Source of the DNA: Lama guanicoe
Lineage: Eukaryota
NCBI GenBank assembly: GCA_013239625.1
Contig: MU053557.1
Coordinates: forward strand, 5,281,842 to 5,345,841
DNA: 64,000 nucleotides
Reading direction: 5' to 3'
Shown piece after piece: positions 12,560 through 25,731 of this stretch. Numbering within the stretch: the first letter of the stretch is position 1; each line of letters starts with the position of its first letter. A model generated the notes under the pieces. The model made no database searches. It saw nothing but the letters and a program-made list of their open reading frames with translations, and was not told where the DNA came from. Both the position numbers and the translations under genes were made by a program.

Positions 12560-14290
12560 TACACTATAAAGCTTTCCCCAGATGACTATATCCACATCTA
12601 CAGCTTCAACTGCCTTATTATCTGTATACCAATGGCAGCCAAACATCATTTCCAGCCTGACCTTTCTAGAACACCAAACAGCATATCCATCTCTATATAA
12701 ATCTCCAGAGCTTTTAAGGACAATTCTGCCTGGATGCCCAGAGACACCTCGCATGCAATATACCCCCAAACTCCTCCATTACCTTGCCTTGGTTATGGCA
12801 TGACCCAGCTACTCAAGTCAGAAACCTGGTGAATTCTAGGATATTCCTCTTCAGCTCCTACTCCAAATCCATCTTGCCTTCAGTTTGCATCATTTCTCTT
12901 CAGGACTGTTCTACAGCTACCTAATCTGTTTCTCTACAACCAAGCCTCTACCCTAGTTATCAGTTATTTTCTTAAAAAAAAGAATTTGTTGCTACTTGTA
13001 AGTGGTTCTGTGATGTTTTCAGGTTAAGTTCAAAATTAATGCTTTAGCCAATAAGACCTTAAAATCTTTGTTCTTGTTTCGTCTCCAGTCTCTTGTCCTG
13101 CCACAAATCTTCCTCTTCACATGTCTACCTCTGACCTTAGCTGTTCCCAAATGGGCCATTGTTTATCACCCAGGGCTTTATATATGCTGTTCCTTCTGCC
13201 AGAAGTTGCTCCCATCCCCATATGCTCAACTCCCTACTTCTTCCAGATACTTCATATTAAATATCCCTTGCTCTTGGCAACATTTCTCTCTTTTTTTAAT
13301 TGAAGTACCTTCAGTTACAACGTGTCGATTTCCGGTGTACAGAACAATGTCCCAGTCATACATATACATATATATATTCACTTTCATATTCTTATTAAAG
13401 ATTATTGCAAGATATTGAACATAGTTCCCTGTGCTATACAGCAGAAACTTTTTAAAATCTATTTTTATGTACTGTGGCTAACATTTGTAAATTTCAAACT
13501 CCCAAATTTATCTCTTCCCACCCCCTTTCCCTGGTAACTCTAAGATTGTTTACTGTGTCTGCGAGTCTGTTTCTGTTTTGTAGATGAGTTCATAAGTGTC
13601 CTTTTTCTTTTTTTTTTTTTTGATTCCACATATGAGTGATACCATATGGTATTCTTTCTCTTTCTGGCTCACTTCACTTAGAATGTTGATCTCCAGGTCC
13701 ATCCATGTTGCTGCAAATGGCATTATTTTATTCTTTTTTATCACTGAGTAATATTCTACTGTATAGATAGACCACAGCTTCTTTATCCAGTCATCTGTCG
13801 ATGGACATTTAGGTTGCTTCCGTGTCTTGGCTATTGTATATAGTGCTGCTATGAACATTGGGGCATATGTATCTTTTTGAATTAGGTTCCCTCTGGATAT
13901 ATGCCCAGGAGTGGGAATGCTGGATCATATGGTAAGTCTACTTTTAGTTTTTTGAGGCATCTCCATACTGTTTTCCATAATGGCTGCATCAAAATACATT
14001 CTCATCAGCAGTGTGGGAGGGCTCCCTTTTGAACACTTCTTACTGAATTCCTTTTTACTTATGCAGGGGCTCCTTTGGGTTTCATCTCCATATTCCTGTA
14101 TATTCTCTGCATATTCTCTAAAATAGCATTTGCTATTGTATTATTTTTCCCTCTCATCTGTCTCCTCTGCTAACTGGACTCGTTGAGGGTAGGGCCATGA
14201 ACTTCATTCATCCTTAAAGCCTCTATGGCCAGCGACGGGTATTTTATAAGGTCCACTATATGATTATCGAAAGCATGGATATATTTGATG
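12560..14290 (+). mobile_element. LINE-2 remnant interrupted by a younger L1
   Basis: L2-like motifs on both sides of the L1, including the 3' end (tctgtctcctctgctaactggactcgttgagggtaggg). Confidence 0.55.
13291..14030 (-). mobile_element. Lineage-specific L1 3' end (ORF2 C-terminus plus 3'UTR)
   Basis: ORF 13550..13858(-) MFIAALYTIAKTRKQPKCPSTDDWIKKLW...ATWMDLE is the L1 ORF2 C-terminus. Near-TSD aacatttct (13279) / aacacttct (14032). Confidence 0.92.
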
Positions 14291-15339
14291 GATAGTTATT
14301 TCTCTAACACTGGCTTATTTGCAGAGCATGCCAATTATCTGCCCAGGGTCAATTACATTTCCCATGGTTACGGGAAGGTGAAGGGACAGGTGTATAATGG
14401 AGTGGATTGGGTGGTCTGAGGCAGTTATTTCTAAGGCAGTTGTTTGAACAAGTCCTACATCCTATGTCTCTTCTCTCTTTTCTCATCGCCCCTCTACCAT
14501 GTCAGGAAATTACAAGGTGCTCCTCAGGTTTCTTCAGTTGGCTGAATTGTCTCCTTTATGTAGTCCACCTCTGCACTCTGGTGGCAGGAATATGCTAACA
14601 CATTCTACTTCAAAGGTAACTATGGTCCCAGTAGGATGAACAGTTAATAGGTCTGCAAATTTGGAGACCTATTTGTCTTTTCACATTATGATTTGCTGGA
14701 AAGATTAAATGATAGGAGGTGAAACAGTGCTTGACATAAATAGGCAATGATAAGTTTTAGTTTCCTTCCTTTTTAATGAAAGAGCTCATCTTAGGAATAG
14801 GACAAAGAAGACTCCTTGAGTTGTTTCTACTGACTGGGCTAGTTGGTTCTGAAACACTGAGTCCCAGGATATGTTAGTGGAAGAGAGGACTGGTAAGGCA
14901 GGTCCCTGCTTCTGGATGGTACTGGTGAAGTTCCAAATAGGGACGGGTAGTAATGACAACAGACAGGATTTGTGGAACACTTAGTCTGTGTCAGGTACAC
15001 ATTTTTATCCTCATGACAGCACAACTGAGGTACATACCTAGTCTCAGAAGGTTGGCTTACAGAGTGGATTGGTTAACTGGGACAAAATTGTATCCTCAAG
15101 TGGGTTTGTAGGGACTAGAGAGTCAAGGTGAAGCCACAGAAGGCCTGCTGAAGACAGCAGACTAAGAAGTGATAATATCAACCTCTTTTAGTTTAATAAA
15201 CAAAGTGTCAAACTAAAAATCCTAATGTTCAATAGAATCAAAGTTTCACTGCTGTAAACCAGACTGCGAAAGCTCTCTCCTTTGATGATTTCCATCTACC
15301 GGGATCTAATTCATGTGATACGTTAAATGAGTCAAGAAT

Positions 15340-15493
15340 GTGTTTTTGTTGTTGTTGTTGTTGTTTGTTTTGGTTGTTGGTGGGAGGTAATTAGGTTTAT
15401 TTGTTCATTTTTAGTGGCAGTACTGGGGATTCAACCCAGGACCTTATCCATGCTAGGCATGTGCTCCACCACTGAGCTGTATACCTTCCCCCC
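15340..15493 (-). mobile_element. tRNA-derived SINE (camelid Vic-1-like)
   Basis: Reverse complement reads ggggaaggtatacagctcagtggtggagcacatgcctagcatggataaggtcctgggttgaatccccagtact plus an A-rich tail. Confidence 0.8.
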
Positions 15494-15520
15494 TCTGTTT
15501 TTTTTTAAAGCAAGTTTGTT

Positions 15521-15609
15521 GGGGGTTGGGTATAGCTCAGCGGTAGAACACATGCTTAGCATGCACAAGATCCTGGGCTCAATGCCCAGTACCTACATTG
15601 AAAAAAAAA
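15521..15609 (+). mobile_element. tRNA-derived SINE (camelid Vic-1-like)
   Basis: gggggttgggtatagctcagcggtagaacacatgcttagcatgcacaagatcctgggctcaatgcccagtacc plus poly-A; A and B boxes visible. Confidence 0.82.
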
Positions 15610-16658
15610 GTTTAAACACGTTATTTACTGAATATTACTATAAAAAAGCACTTAGACAAAGCCTTTCATACTAAAGTCTTGTGTGTAGAAATGGAGAATC
15701 CTACAGTGACCTTCTGTGGAAGGATACTAGTTTAACTCTCTATATTAGAATTCTTTATTCTCAAAGAACAGATTATAACCTGAAGTGGAGTAATATTTGA
15801 GGCAATGATATTCATGGAAAATTTCTGCATATCTTTTTAAATAGAGGACAACCCTGCTTTATCTCCACGCCATTTTCTAGTAGAATAAGTGCTTCATACA
15901 GCTTTAAAAATAAGGTGGCTTTGACACATTAGGCCTGTGTGTTAATTTATATGCAAATGTTTATTGATGTGCGTAGGCACCAAGGCCGACTGGTCTAGTT
16001 AAAGAGTTTACAGTCTAGTTAAAGAGCCATAGAACACTGATAAAACACTTAAGTGCTTAACTGAATGGTAGAGACAAAAGTGCTGAGGAGTTGAGGGAGC
16101 TAAGTGTGGAGCTGGTTCTGGAGTCTTCAAGAAAGGCTGGAAGAAAGAAGACTTCAGTTAGTTCTTGGAGAATATGTAAGGCCTTGCTTGGTAGAGAAGA
16201 GGATGAGGCATTCAGGCAAATGCACACTAACAGACAGGGGTACAGAGTGAGAGAAGACGGGCCCTGGAGGGGGTGGGGTGGGGGGCTTGAGCAGCACACA
16301 CACTGAACTGGACTGAAAAACTGAGCTGGAAATGCAGGTTGTAGTCAACTCCAGAGGGTGCTAAAACTCAGCTGAATAATCTGGTCTTCTATTTTTTTTT
16401 TTTTCTTTTTAGGCATTTGGGAGCCACCGCAGATATGTGGGCAGAGGAAGTGGCATAATGCCAGCAGATCTAACATTATGTGCAAAATGGACTTTCAGGA
16501 GAAAGATGAGGGAAGAAATTATAAATTGTGTCAATAATCCTGACACAAGATGGTGAGAGAAATTAAGGTGCTGACAATGAGACAAAACCACAGGACTTAG
16601 CCAGAAGACATTCTTTTCCTCTTCTATATATTAAGAATTTAAAATATGTATAGTACTT

Positions 16659-16737
16659 CAAAAAAATCTGCTTGCTTCTTGTTTATTGACTTTTTAAATG
16701 TTTTAATTGAAGTATAGTTGATTTACAATGTTGTGTT
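16659..16737 (-). mobile_element. Short L1 3'-end insertion with an 18-bp TSD
   Basis: TSD aaaatatg(t/c)atagtactt at 16641-16658 and 16738-16755. Contains aattgaagtatagttgatttacaatgttgtgtt. Confidence 0.7.
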
Positions 16738-17799
16738 AAAATATGCATAGTACTTTTAATTCAAATTATACTAGCTTCTTAAAAGGAAAAATATCTAAAA
16801 TGAGCTTTAGAAACATATCTATTTAAACATCTGCTGTTTGTTTTTGTGATTGTTGTTTTGTTCAATGTGGAAGCAGTACTTTCTATGATTAATCTGCTTC
16901 ATACATCTGTTTCAATTAAGTAACTACAGAAAGATGAATAACTTGCTGTGGGTTTTTGAAATAGCCACACAATTAACCCTGGGTCAGGGAACTATGCTAC
17001 AACACCAACAGGTATTGTGCGTACCTTCTAAAAATTAAACTGACACTTACATGACTTATTAGGAATAGGTACTAGGGTTATAAAGAATATTAAGAATGCC
17101 TTTTTATAGAAGAAAAACTTAAATATAAATCTGATTATCAATTTATATAGTTTTAAATAACTTAAATTCAACTCTGCTCTAGCAGACTTCTCTGAAGAAC
17201 AAACACAAAGGGAACAAGGGTGATTTATGAAGTAATTTTAGTGGAGGAAAACATAGTGTGCCTTCACACTAATTACATGGTTCAGGCTGGATTATCCACA
17301 GGTGTGGAGAGGACCAGTGTGGATAATCCAAATATGCAAACACTCTCACACGTGTCATCTCTCTCACAGGCGTTGCTCTCACCTTGTCTGTATTTGAGAG
17401 GTACACTGGGCTGTATATTCTTCCCCTGATTCTGATTAACAGGATTCTCTGATGTTTACCATGCCTCCCAGATTGTATCATGTCTCCTCTTTCAGGCACT
17501 TTGTTTCCCTGTGCCCCTGCTCCCTGTTCATAATAATCCTGAAGTACTACAAGATGCTTTGATAGTCTAGATGACTCTTGTAATTATTTTGGCACAGACA
17601 GATGTACCTCTACTGAATACTTGGTGGAGCATTCAAGAGAATAGCTGAGGATGTTCTGGAGTTATCAAATCAGCAGGAAGGAGTTAACAGCCTTGGAGTA
17701 TGAACAGCTTATGCTTTTTATTTTTTGATTTTTTGACAGTTAGTGATTGGGAGTATTCAGATGGCCAGCTGGAGAGAGGAGTGCTAGAACCCAGCTAGA

Positions 17800-17910
17800 C
17801 CAGTGGTTCTCAAAGAATGAACCCCGGATCACAGAAGCTTCAGCATCACCCGGGCACTTGTTAGAAATGAAAATTCTTGGTCCCCAAATTCCATTCAAGT
17901 AAGTTTCCTG
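17800..17910. mobile_element. MER5-like hAT-Charlie DNA transposon fragment
   Basis: cagtggttctcaaag...cagcatcacccgggcacttgttagaaatgaaaattctt. Confidence 0.7.
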
Positions 17911-17971
17911 ATTATTTCAGAAACCTGGAATGAACTTAAAATTTAAGTTCAATATCCTATCTAAAGAAATA

Positions 17972-17977
17972 TTTATT
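17972..17977 (-). terminator. Candidate proximal poly(A) signal of TIGD6
   Basis: tttatt on + is AATAAA on -, about 40 nt after the stop codon. Confidence 0.4.
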
Positions 17978-18018
17978 GTAAACTACACCTTCTAAATTAA
18001 AGTCAGTTAATTTCTACA

Positions 18019-19676
<1,658 letters not shown>

Positions 19677-20209
19677 CTGAGAAGACAAAATGGAGTGCCT
19701 ATCAGGAACCAAAGATAATAGATTCTTCCTAAAAGATAGGTTCATATTTTTAAAAATCTTATTAGAAAATGATAATATAAGGCCAAAGTCAAGAAAAGAC
19801 AAGACTCATGCTACTGACTTTTTGTAGAGATTACTCATGTAGACTCATAGAATGTTTGAAATGGAAGAGATCTTACAGATAGTCTGGTTTATTTAAACTT
19901 TCTGAGCCTTTGTAAAAATAATAACAATGTCTGGTCTGTCTACTATGAGAAGAGATTGAAATAAGATATGGTAAAAGAGCTTTGCAAATAGCAATGCATT
20001 GTATAGATTCAAGGAATTATTATCTGGCTTATTTTATAGATACAGAGACTGAGGACCTACCCGGGTTCATACAGCTCAGATTTCTTGACTCAGATTAGTG
20101 CTATTTCTGCCACTCCATAGTCCTGCTTGAAATTCCACCTAAACGAGATCTTGAAAGCTCTATCACCATTTAGCTTGGAAGGATTTTCAGATGTTTCTGG
20201 TAGCTACAC

Positions 20210-21450
20210 TTCATTAAATGAATATTTACAGGTGCCAAGTGGCAAAGATACAGTGATGAACAACATAGTCAAGGTCCTTGCCCTTATGAAATATACAATG
20301 TGATTGGGGGAAATACACAATAAGTGAACAGATAAAAAGTTAATAGTGTGATACGTGCTATGGCAGAAATAAACACAATCCAACAGTAGCAGTTTTGGTA
20401 ACTGCCTTTTGGTAGTTGCTTAGACTTTTATCATGAGAGTCCTCAAAGGACAAGAGAAGCTGCTGTTACCTTATGCTGTGATTGCTCCTTCCTAAGGGCT
20501 GGCTTCTGACACCCACCTCTGTACATCTATCTAGCTATTCATGGCATTTTTCTATGTGTGAAGCACTGTGCTTGATGCCTGCCATACAGAGATGAATGAA
20601 GCAAAGTGCCTACCACTGAGGAGCCTATCAGGGAAGCAAGGAAGACAAACACTAGAGTGTATGGAATGCTATAGAAGGTTACAAAGTACTGTGAATGAGA
20701 ACATAGAAGTGGGATTACCAACTTGATGGGGCATGGATGGATGTGCACTTCAAAGAGGAAACAATACTTATGTTGGGCCTTAAGTACTAACAAATAGGAA
20801 TTCACAAGATAGAAGGAAACATATGTAAAGGCAATGAAGTACTACAGAAAATAAAAAGGCATGGGAAAAAAAAAATAAGTCTTTGGGGAAGAAAACAAGG
20901 TCCAAATCACAGAAAGGCCTAGTAAGGGTTCTAGCTTGATCCTGGGACAATAAGAGGCCTTTAGAGTTTTGGTTTTTGTTTTTGGAATGACATGATAAGA
21001 TTTGCATGTTAGAAAGAGTCCTTTGGTTGTAAGGTGGAGAACCTAATGGATAAAGTCCATTTTCTTAAGACGTGGCCTTAAATCGGAAGATAAAAAGCCC
21101 AATAGGCCATAAATAGTTGTGGTATGTTAATCTGAGTGCAAGAAGCAGCTCTTGAACAATTTTAAGCACAGAGAAAGATGACTGCTGTGTGAAGAATGGA
21201 ATTGAAGGGTGTCAAGGGAAAGGCAGGAGACTAATTAGGAGGCTACTGCAGGAGTCCCGATGTGAGATAATGGTAGCCTGGATTAGAGTAATACTGGAGA
21301 TGGTAAGAAGTAGTCAGTTTGGGACTATGTTTTTGCAGCTCTTACTGATGAACTGGATATGAGGTGTAAGAGGAGTCAGTGATAACTCCCAGACTTCTGG
21401 CTTGAGCATTGAACAATCCAGTGAATGATGATGTCATTTACTGAGATGGG
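20210..21450 (-). mobile_element. Cluster of LINE-2 fragments in the TIGD6 intron
   Basis: Purine-rich antisense L2 motifs (ggaggctactgcagg...gagataatggtagcctggattag; cccagacttctggcttgagca). Confidence 0.6.
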
Positions 21451-22305
21451 AACCAATTATTAAGGATCTACTTCATAAACGTAATTTGTTGCTTTACATG
21501 CTTAATATAGCTTACATGTGGTAGGACTGGGATTCAAACTCAGGGAGGTTCAGCACAAAGCTAGCGTTCTGAACGTTACAGAGGCCAATATAGCTTATTC
21601 AGGGAAGTAACAGTACTGAAAATAAACGTGGGAAGAGAATGAATCAAGAGCAAAACCAAAGTCTTGTAGGTCAGGCCAAGTTTGAATTTTATTCTAAGTG
21701 AACGAGAAGACACTGGAGAGTGACCTAATCAGACTTACGATGCAAATCAATCTGGCTGTTGTGTGGAGAATAGATAGTAGATGGACAATAATGGAAATGG
21801 GGAGAAATTGCATCAGTCCAGGCAGGAGATGATGATGAGCAGGAGAAGGCTGGTGACAGGAATAGAGAAAGGTGACAGTGGTAAATGAAGAAAAGTAGGC
21901 AGATTGAAAATGCATTTGCAAGACAGTGAGGGTGCGGGGACTTGTACAAATGTGGGACAATCTGTGATATTGGCGGGAAAGGACAATACAATCCTTATTT
22001 GATTTCGGAGCCTCTGCACATGGTGATTCAGCTCGGTTTACTCACTCACTACCATTACTGTGTGGGGGACCGTGGGAGAGACGGATTGAGGGGAGATCAC
22101 CAGGGTGAGGACGGCTTGACGCGGCCGGCACTAAGACTTTAAGAACCCTATCCTGAACAAGCGGGGACAGACTGAGGAGGGTTGAGGTGAGGCCTTGAAC
22201 GCCGTGTTGGGAGGGTGGTGCTGGGGCTCTTCAGGCCCGACGTGGCTTTCAGAGGTGAGGCGGGGCCTGGACCCCTCACGCTCCGCACAGCCCCGCCCCA
22301 GTTAC

Positions 22306-22480
22306 CTGAACGCCCTACGGCAATGCCCGGGGGGCTGAGGGCGTCCACAGCGGGCGGCCGCAGCTTCCTCCTCCTCCCAGAACCTCTAGCCGGAAGCAGT
22401 CCGTCGGCCTTAGCAGCCCCCTTCCAAGCCCGTAAGCAGTTTCTATGGGCCCGCCCCTCAGCCAGAGCTGTACTGTTGCG
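22306..22480 (-). other. TIGD6: Candidate non-coding exon 1 of TIGD6
   Basis: Minus-strand donor ttcag|gtaac at 22306/22305 inside the CpG island. The 5' limit (TSS) is a guess. Confidence 0.45.
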
Positions 22481-22519
22481 CTTGCGCAAGGGGACGCACG
22501 CAGTCACGCGCCGCCGGCC

Positions 22520-23003
22520 GCTTCCGGCGTACCGCGAGGGCCGCCGGGACGGGTCTCCCTGGCGATCCGAGGTGTGTTGCTCCGGCTCCTGCTCCCGCCG
22601 AACTGTGCCGCGGTGACGCCCGTGCCCCTGCTGACTTCCTCGGGCTCCCCGGGGCTTGACCCCCGGGGCCCTCAGCAGGCGTCAGTGTAGAGCCTGCGGA
22701 GCGAACCTGTGCTCTCATACCCGCCCAACGCGACCCTGTATCGCGACTCTGAGGAAGGGGAGCGAGAGGGGCTGTCGCGACTCCGCGCCGTGTGTCGCCG
22801 GGCGGGGCCGCGGGGCCGGGGCTCCTTTAGCCCCCGGGATGCGCGCGCGAGCCCTCGTCTCCACTTCCTTGTTGCTACTGTCACGACTGGAGCCGCCTCT
22901 CGCCGACAGCGGGGAGCCCGAGTGCGCCGGCCAGTCCCCTTGTCGAGCCCCCTGGCCGGGCGCCTCCGGGAATGTGAGCCGCGCAACTTGCACGCTCCTC
23001 CGG
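22520..23003 (+). other. HMGXB3: HMGXB3 exon 1 (5' leader; start approximate)
   Basis: Consensus donor cgg|gtaagt at 23003/23004 at the 3' side of the CpG island. Confidence 0.7.
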
Positions 23004-24589
23004 GTAAGTCCCGCCCTCGAGCACCGTGCTGCACCGCACCGCACCGCGGACCGGCTGGGCGTCCTCGAGCGGAGTGCTCTGGCTCTCTCAGCCCTGTTGC
23101 CTGTTCCACATAGTGGTAGCAATGAGCCCTAGTCTCCTACTCCCGCATTCGGTACCTTTGGGACATCAAAGGCCCGTAGTCAAACCATGCCCACAGCTGA
23201 GCCGTTAGCAGCCATTTAATGAGGTCCCGAGGAGGAGCTGGTGGAACAGTGAAAGTATTTCAGGTACTGCCCTTATCCCTCTTTTACAGATGAGAAAACT
23301 GAGGCTGAGAGTAAATGGATGGTTCAAGGTCATAGAGCTTTGCGCGTGCTATTAGAATACGTAATTTAAATTAGTACCCTGATCTGCCTTCCAGAGCGCT
23401 TGGTTTTAACTTTATATTATCTTGCCGATTTTTCTTTTTTTCTTATTTTTTTTTTCATTGCTTTACTGAGTGAGGCCTAGAATCTGAAAAACAATTATGG
23501 ACTCAAGCTTAAAACTGGCTAATCAAACAAGCAAAAACCCAGGATAGTCTCTTCCTGCCCCCACCCCAATATGGTTGTAATGATTTTGTTTTAGCTTTCT
23601 TTGTTCTGGGTGCTAAAACCCTGTATGTCATTCTTTATAGACGCTCCCCTTCAGTTACTTATTTTATTGCTTTTCTTTGCAAGATTATCAAGGGCTGAGA
23701 AGTGAATTATTAAAGGCAAAAAACCACAGTCCTCACATAGCTTAGATTTGAATCCTAAAGGGCCTTACTTAGTGAAGGCACTGGCCTATTTCTTACTCAG
23801 CCAAGTTGTGGGTTATTTTTTCTTCCAGGGTTGCCCTAAGACAGAATACAGGGTTGTTTTTGGTGGGTTTTGTTTGTTTGTTTTCCAGTGGGAAAGGAAA
23901 TCATTTAGAGACGACACAGAACTAGAAAGAACCTTAGGAATATTGTGTTCTTGGCCCTGGGTGTATCTTTTAAGTTACAGGTGAAATATCGTCTCCATTT
24001 TCTAGGAGAGAGTTTTTTGCTTTCATAGTCTTCTCAGAGGAATTCTTGCCTCAGAAAGTTAGGAGCTGCTGATTTCAGCCTCTTCAGTCTCACTCAAGGA
24101 ACAGCTGAAATTTAGGATGGGGAATAGACTTGTTGGAGATCATATCGTTAGAATTTAAACTTGGATACAGGTCTCCTGACTCAATATACGGTGCTTTTTT
24201 CCTCATACTTTAACAGACACCTCATCTTTTGTGGATTGAGGTCTAAATGAAGTCGGAGTGGACCTTGGAATGCACATACCAGTTCTGTGTTTACTACCAC
24301 GGCTCCCTTTTCCCAGAATCCTGAATTCTCTTCTAACAGATTTTCCGGAGCAACTGTATTATTTCTCTCTCATAAAATTCAAGTGGTTTCTGGGAACCTT
24401 TCTTCCTCCAAAGATTGAGTCTGTGGGCAAAACCCTAACTTAGAATGTGGCCCCAAATTAACTCTTCTTGAACGAGTCATTGAGGTTTTTTTTATGCTTT
24501 CCTTTCTCTAGGAAAAGCTGTTAGGCTTTCTGTTTCTTAGGTCAGTGCTAGAGAATTAGTTGGTCTATCAGATTACAGCTTAGATCTCA

Positions 24590-24780
24590 GCTGTTCAGTA
24601 CCATAGTCATTAGCCTTACATGGTTATTTAAGTTAATTACAGTTAAACAAAATGAAATCAATTCAGTTCCTCAATCACACAAGCCCTATTTCAGGTGCTT
24701 AATAGCCATAAGTAGCTACCATACTGAGGAGCACAGGTGAAGAACATTTATCACGGAGAGTGTTTTGATCACTGCTGGTT
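24590..24780. mobile_element. MER3/MER33-like hAT-Charlie element
   Basis: aattcagttcctcaatcacacaagccctatttcaggtgcttaatagcc...gctaccatact. Confidence 0.65.
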
Positions 24781-25329
24781 TAGAGCTTTCCAGTGGAGGT
24801 GGGAACAGTGAAGTATAATGAAAGAAAGGTCACAGTTGAATTACTGAATTTAAGAAATCTTTCAAGTCCCTGGGTGTGGTAGCCTTGGGCAGGTCATTAA
24901 GCATCTCAGCCACAGTTTTTCATCTTTAATAATGAACCTTTTTGTATAGCACTTGACCATTCTCAAATGGTGTTATGTCCTTGGAGCCTTATCACTGTAA
25001 ATCTATGGTGAGATGAGTGAGACATGGCTCCTTTTAAGAGAATTGAATCTAAAGCAGCTAAAGGACCTGCCCAAAGTCACACAAGCCGACAGAGTGTAAA
25101 GAAACTCTTTACGTATAGGCACTTAACTACATGTCTGAATGAATGAATGAGTCAATGAAGCATTTTGCTCAAAGTGATGAAACATGAGGGAGAGTCCACA
25201 ACTGACTCCTGGCCAACTATTTACCTCTTACCATAGGGAATTCTTGTAATGTGGGGCTAACAAATCTCTGAGTTGAAGGATTACTGAGGGTCCCATGAAT
25301 GAATGTAAGTGAAAGGGCTGTCTAAGCTA

Positions 25330-25495
25330 GTGATCGCCGATTTGCCTAGTCAGAGGAATCACCTGGTGCACTTGTTAAGCATACAGATTGCCATACCTTT
25401 CAGAGATTCTGATTCAGAAGTGGATCCCTGAATTCTGTATGTTTAGTAAGTTTCCCAGGTGCTTCTGAATCTGCTGAGTTTGGAAATGACTAAGC
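25330..25495. mobile_element. MER5-like element
   Basis: gaatcacctggtgcacttgttaag..cagagattctgattcag..taagtttcccaggtg. Confidence 0.6.
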
Positions 25496-25594
25496 CTTAA
25501 GGCCTGGCAGAGATAAGGGATCATTGGTTCAGGGGGCTGCTGTCCCCTAAGGGTAGATTCTTGAAACTTGTTTATGTTTGACTTTCCTCTAGCC

Positions 25595-25731
25595 ATGGAT
25601 GCATCATATGATGGTACTGAGGTAACTGTCGTGATGGAGGAAATTGAGGAAGCCTACTGTTATACGTCCCCTGGGCCACCCAAGAAGAAGAAAAAATATA
25701 AAATACATGGAGAAAAGGCCAAGAAACCCAG
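25595..25731 (+). CDS. HMGXB3: HMGXB3 exon 2 (start codon; exon begins 25593; basic NLS-like PPKKKKK)
   Basis: ttcctctag|ccATGGAT; MDASYDGTEVTVVMEEIEEAYCYTSPGPPKKKKKYKIHGEKAKKPR; donor ag|gttagc; 137 nt. Confidence 0.93.

Larger units (their letters stand above)
22150..23120. promoter_or_regulatory. CpG island and bidirectional promoter shared by TIGD6 (-) and HMGXB3 (+)
   Basis: Abrupt GC- and CpG-rich segment between divergent genes. GC boxes (ccccgcccc 22291, cccgcccc 22450), ETS/GABPA cores (ccggaag about 22390, cttccgg 22521), NRF1-like tgcgcttgcgca 22477-22488, no TATA. Confidence 0.9.

Noticed and set aside
13550..13858. 102-aa ORF as a gene
   Set aside because: C-terminal remnant of L1 ORF2 in a 5'-truncated element.
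15521..15595. tRNA-Ala-like sequence as a real tRNA gene
   Set aside because: Acceptor and T stems are degenerate, a poly-A tail follows, and related diverged copies occur at 15.4 and 34.6 kb, so it is a SINE.
22148..23122. Several 80-145 aa ORFs on both strands of the CpG island
   Set aside because: Expected from stop-codon scarcity at high GC. Only frames that splice into HMGXB3 exon 2 were kept as findings.
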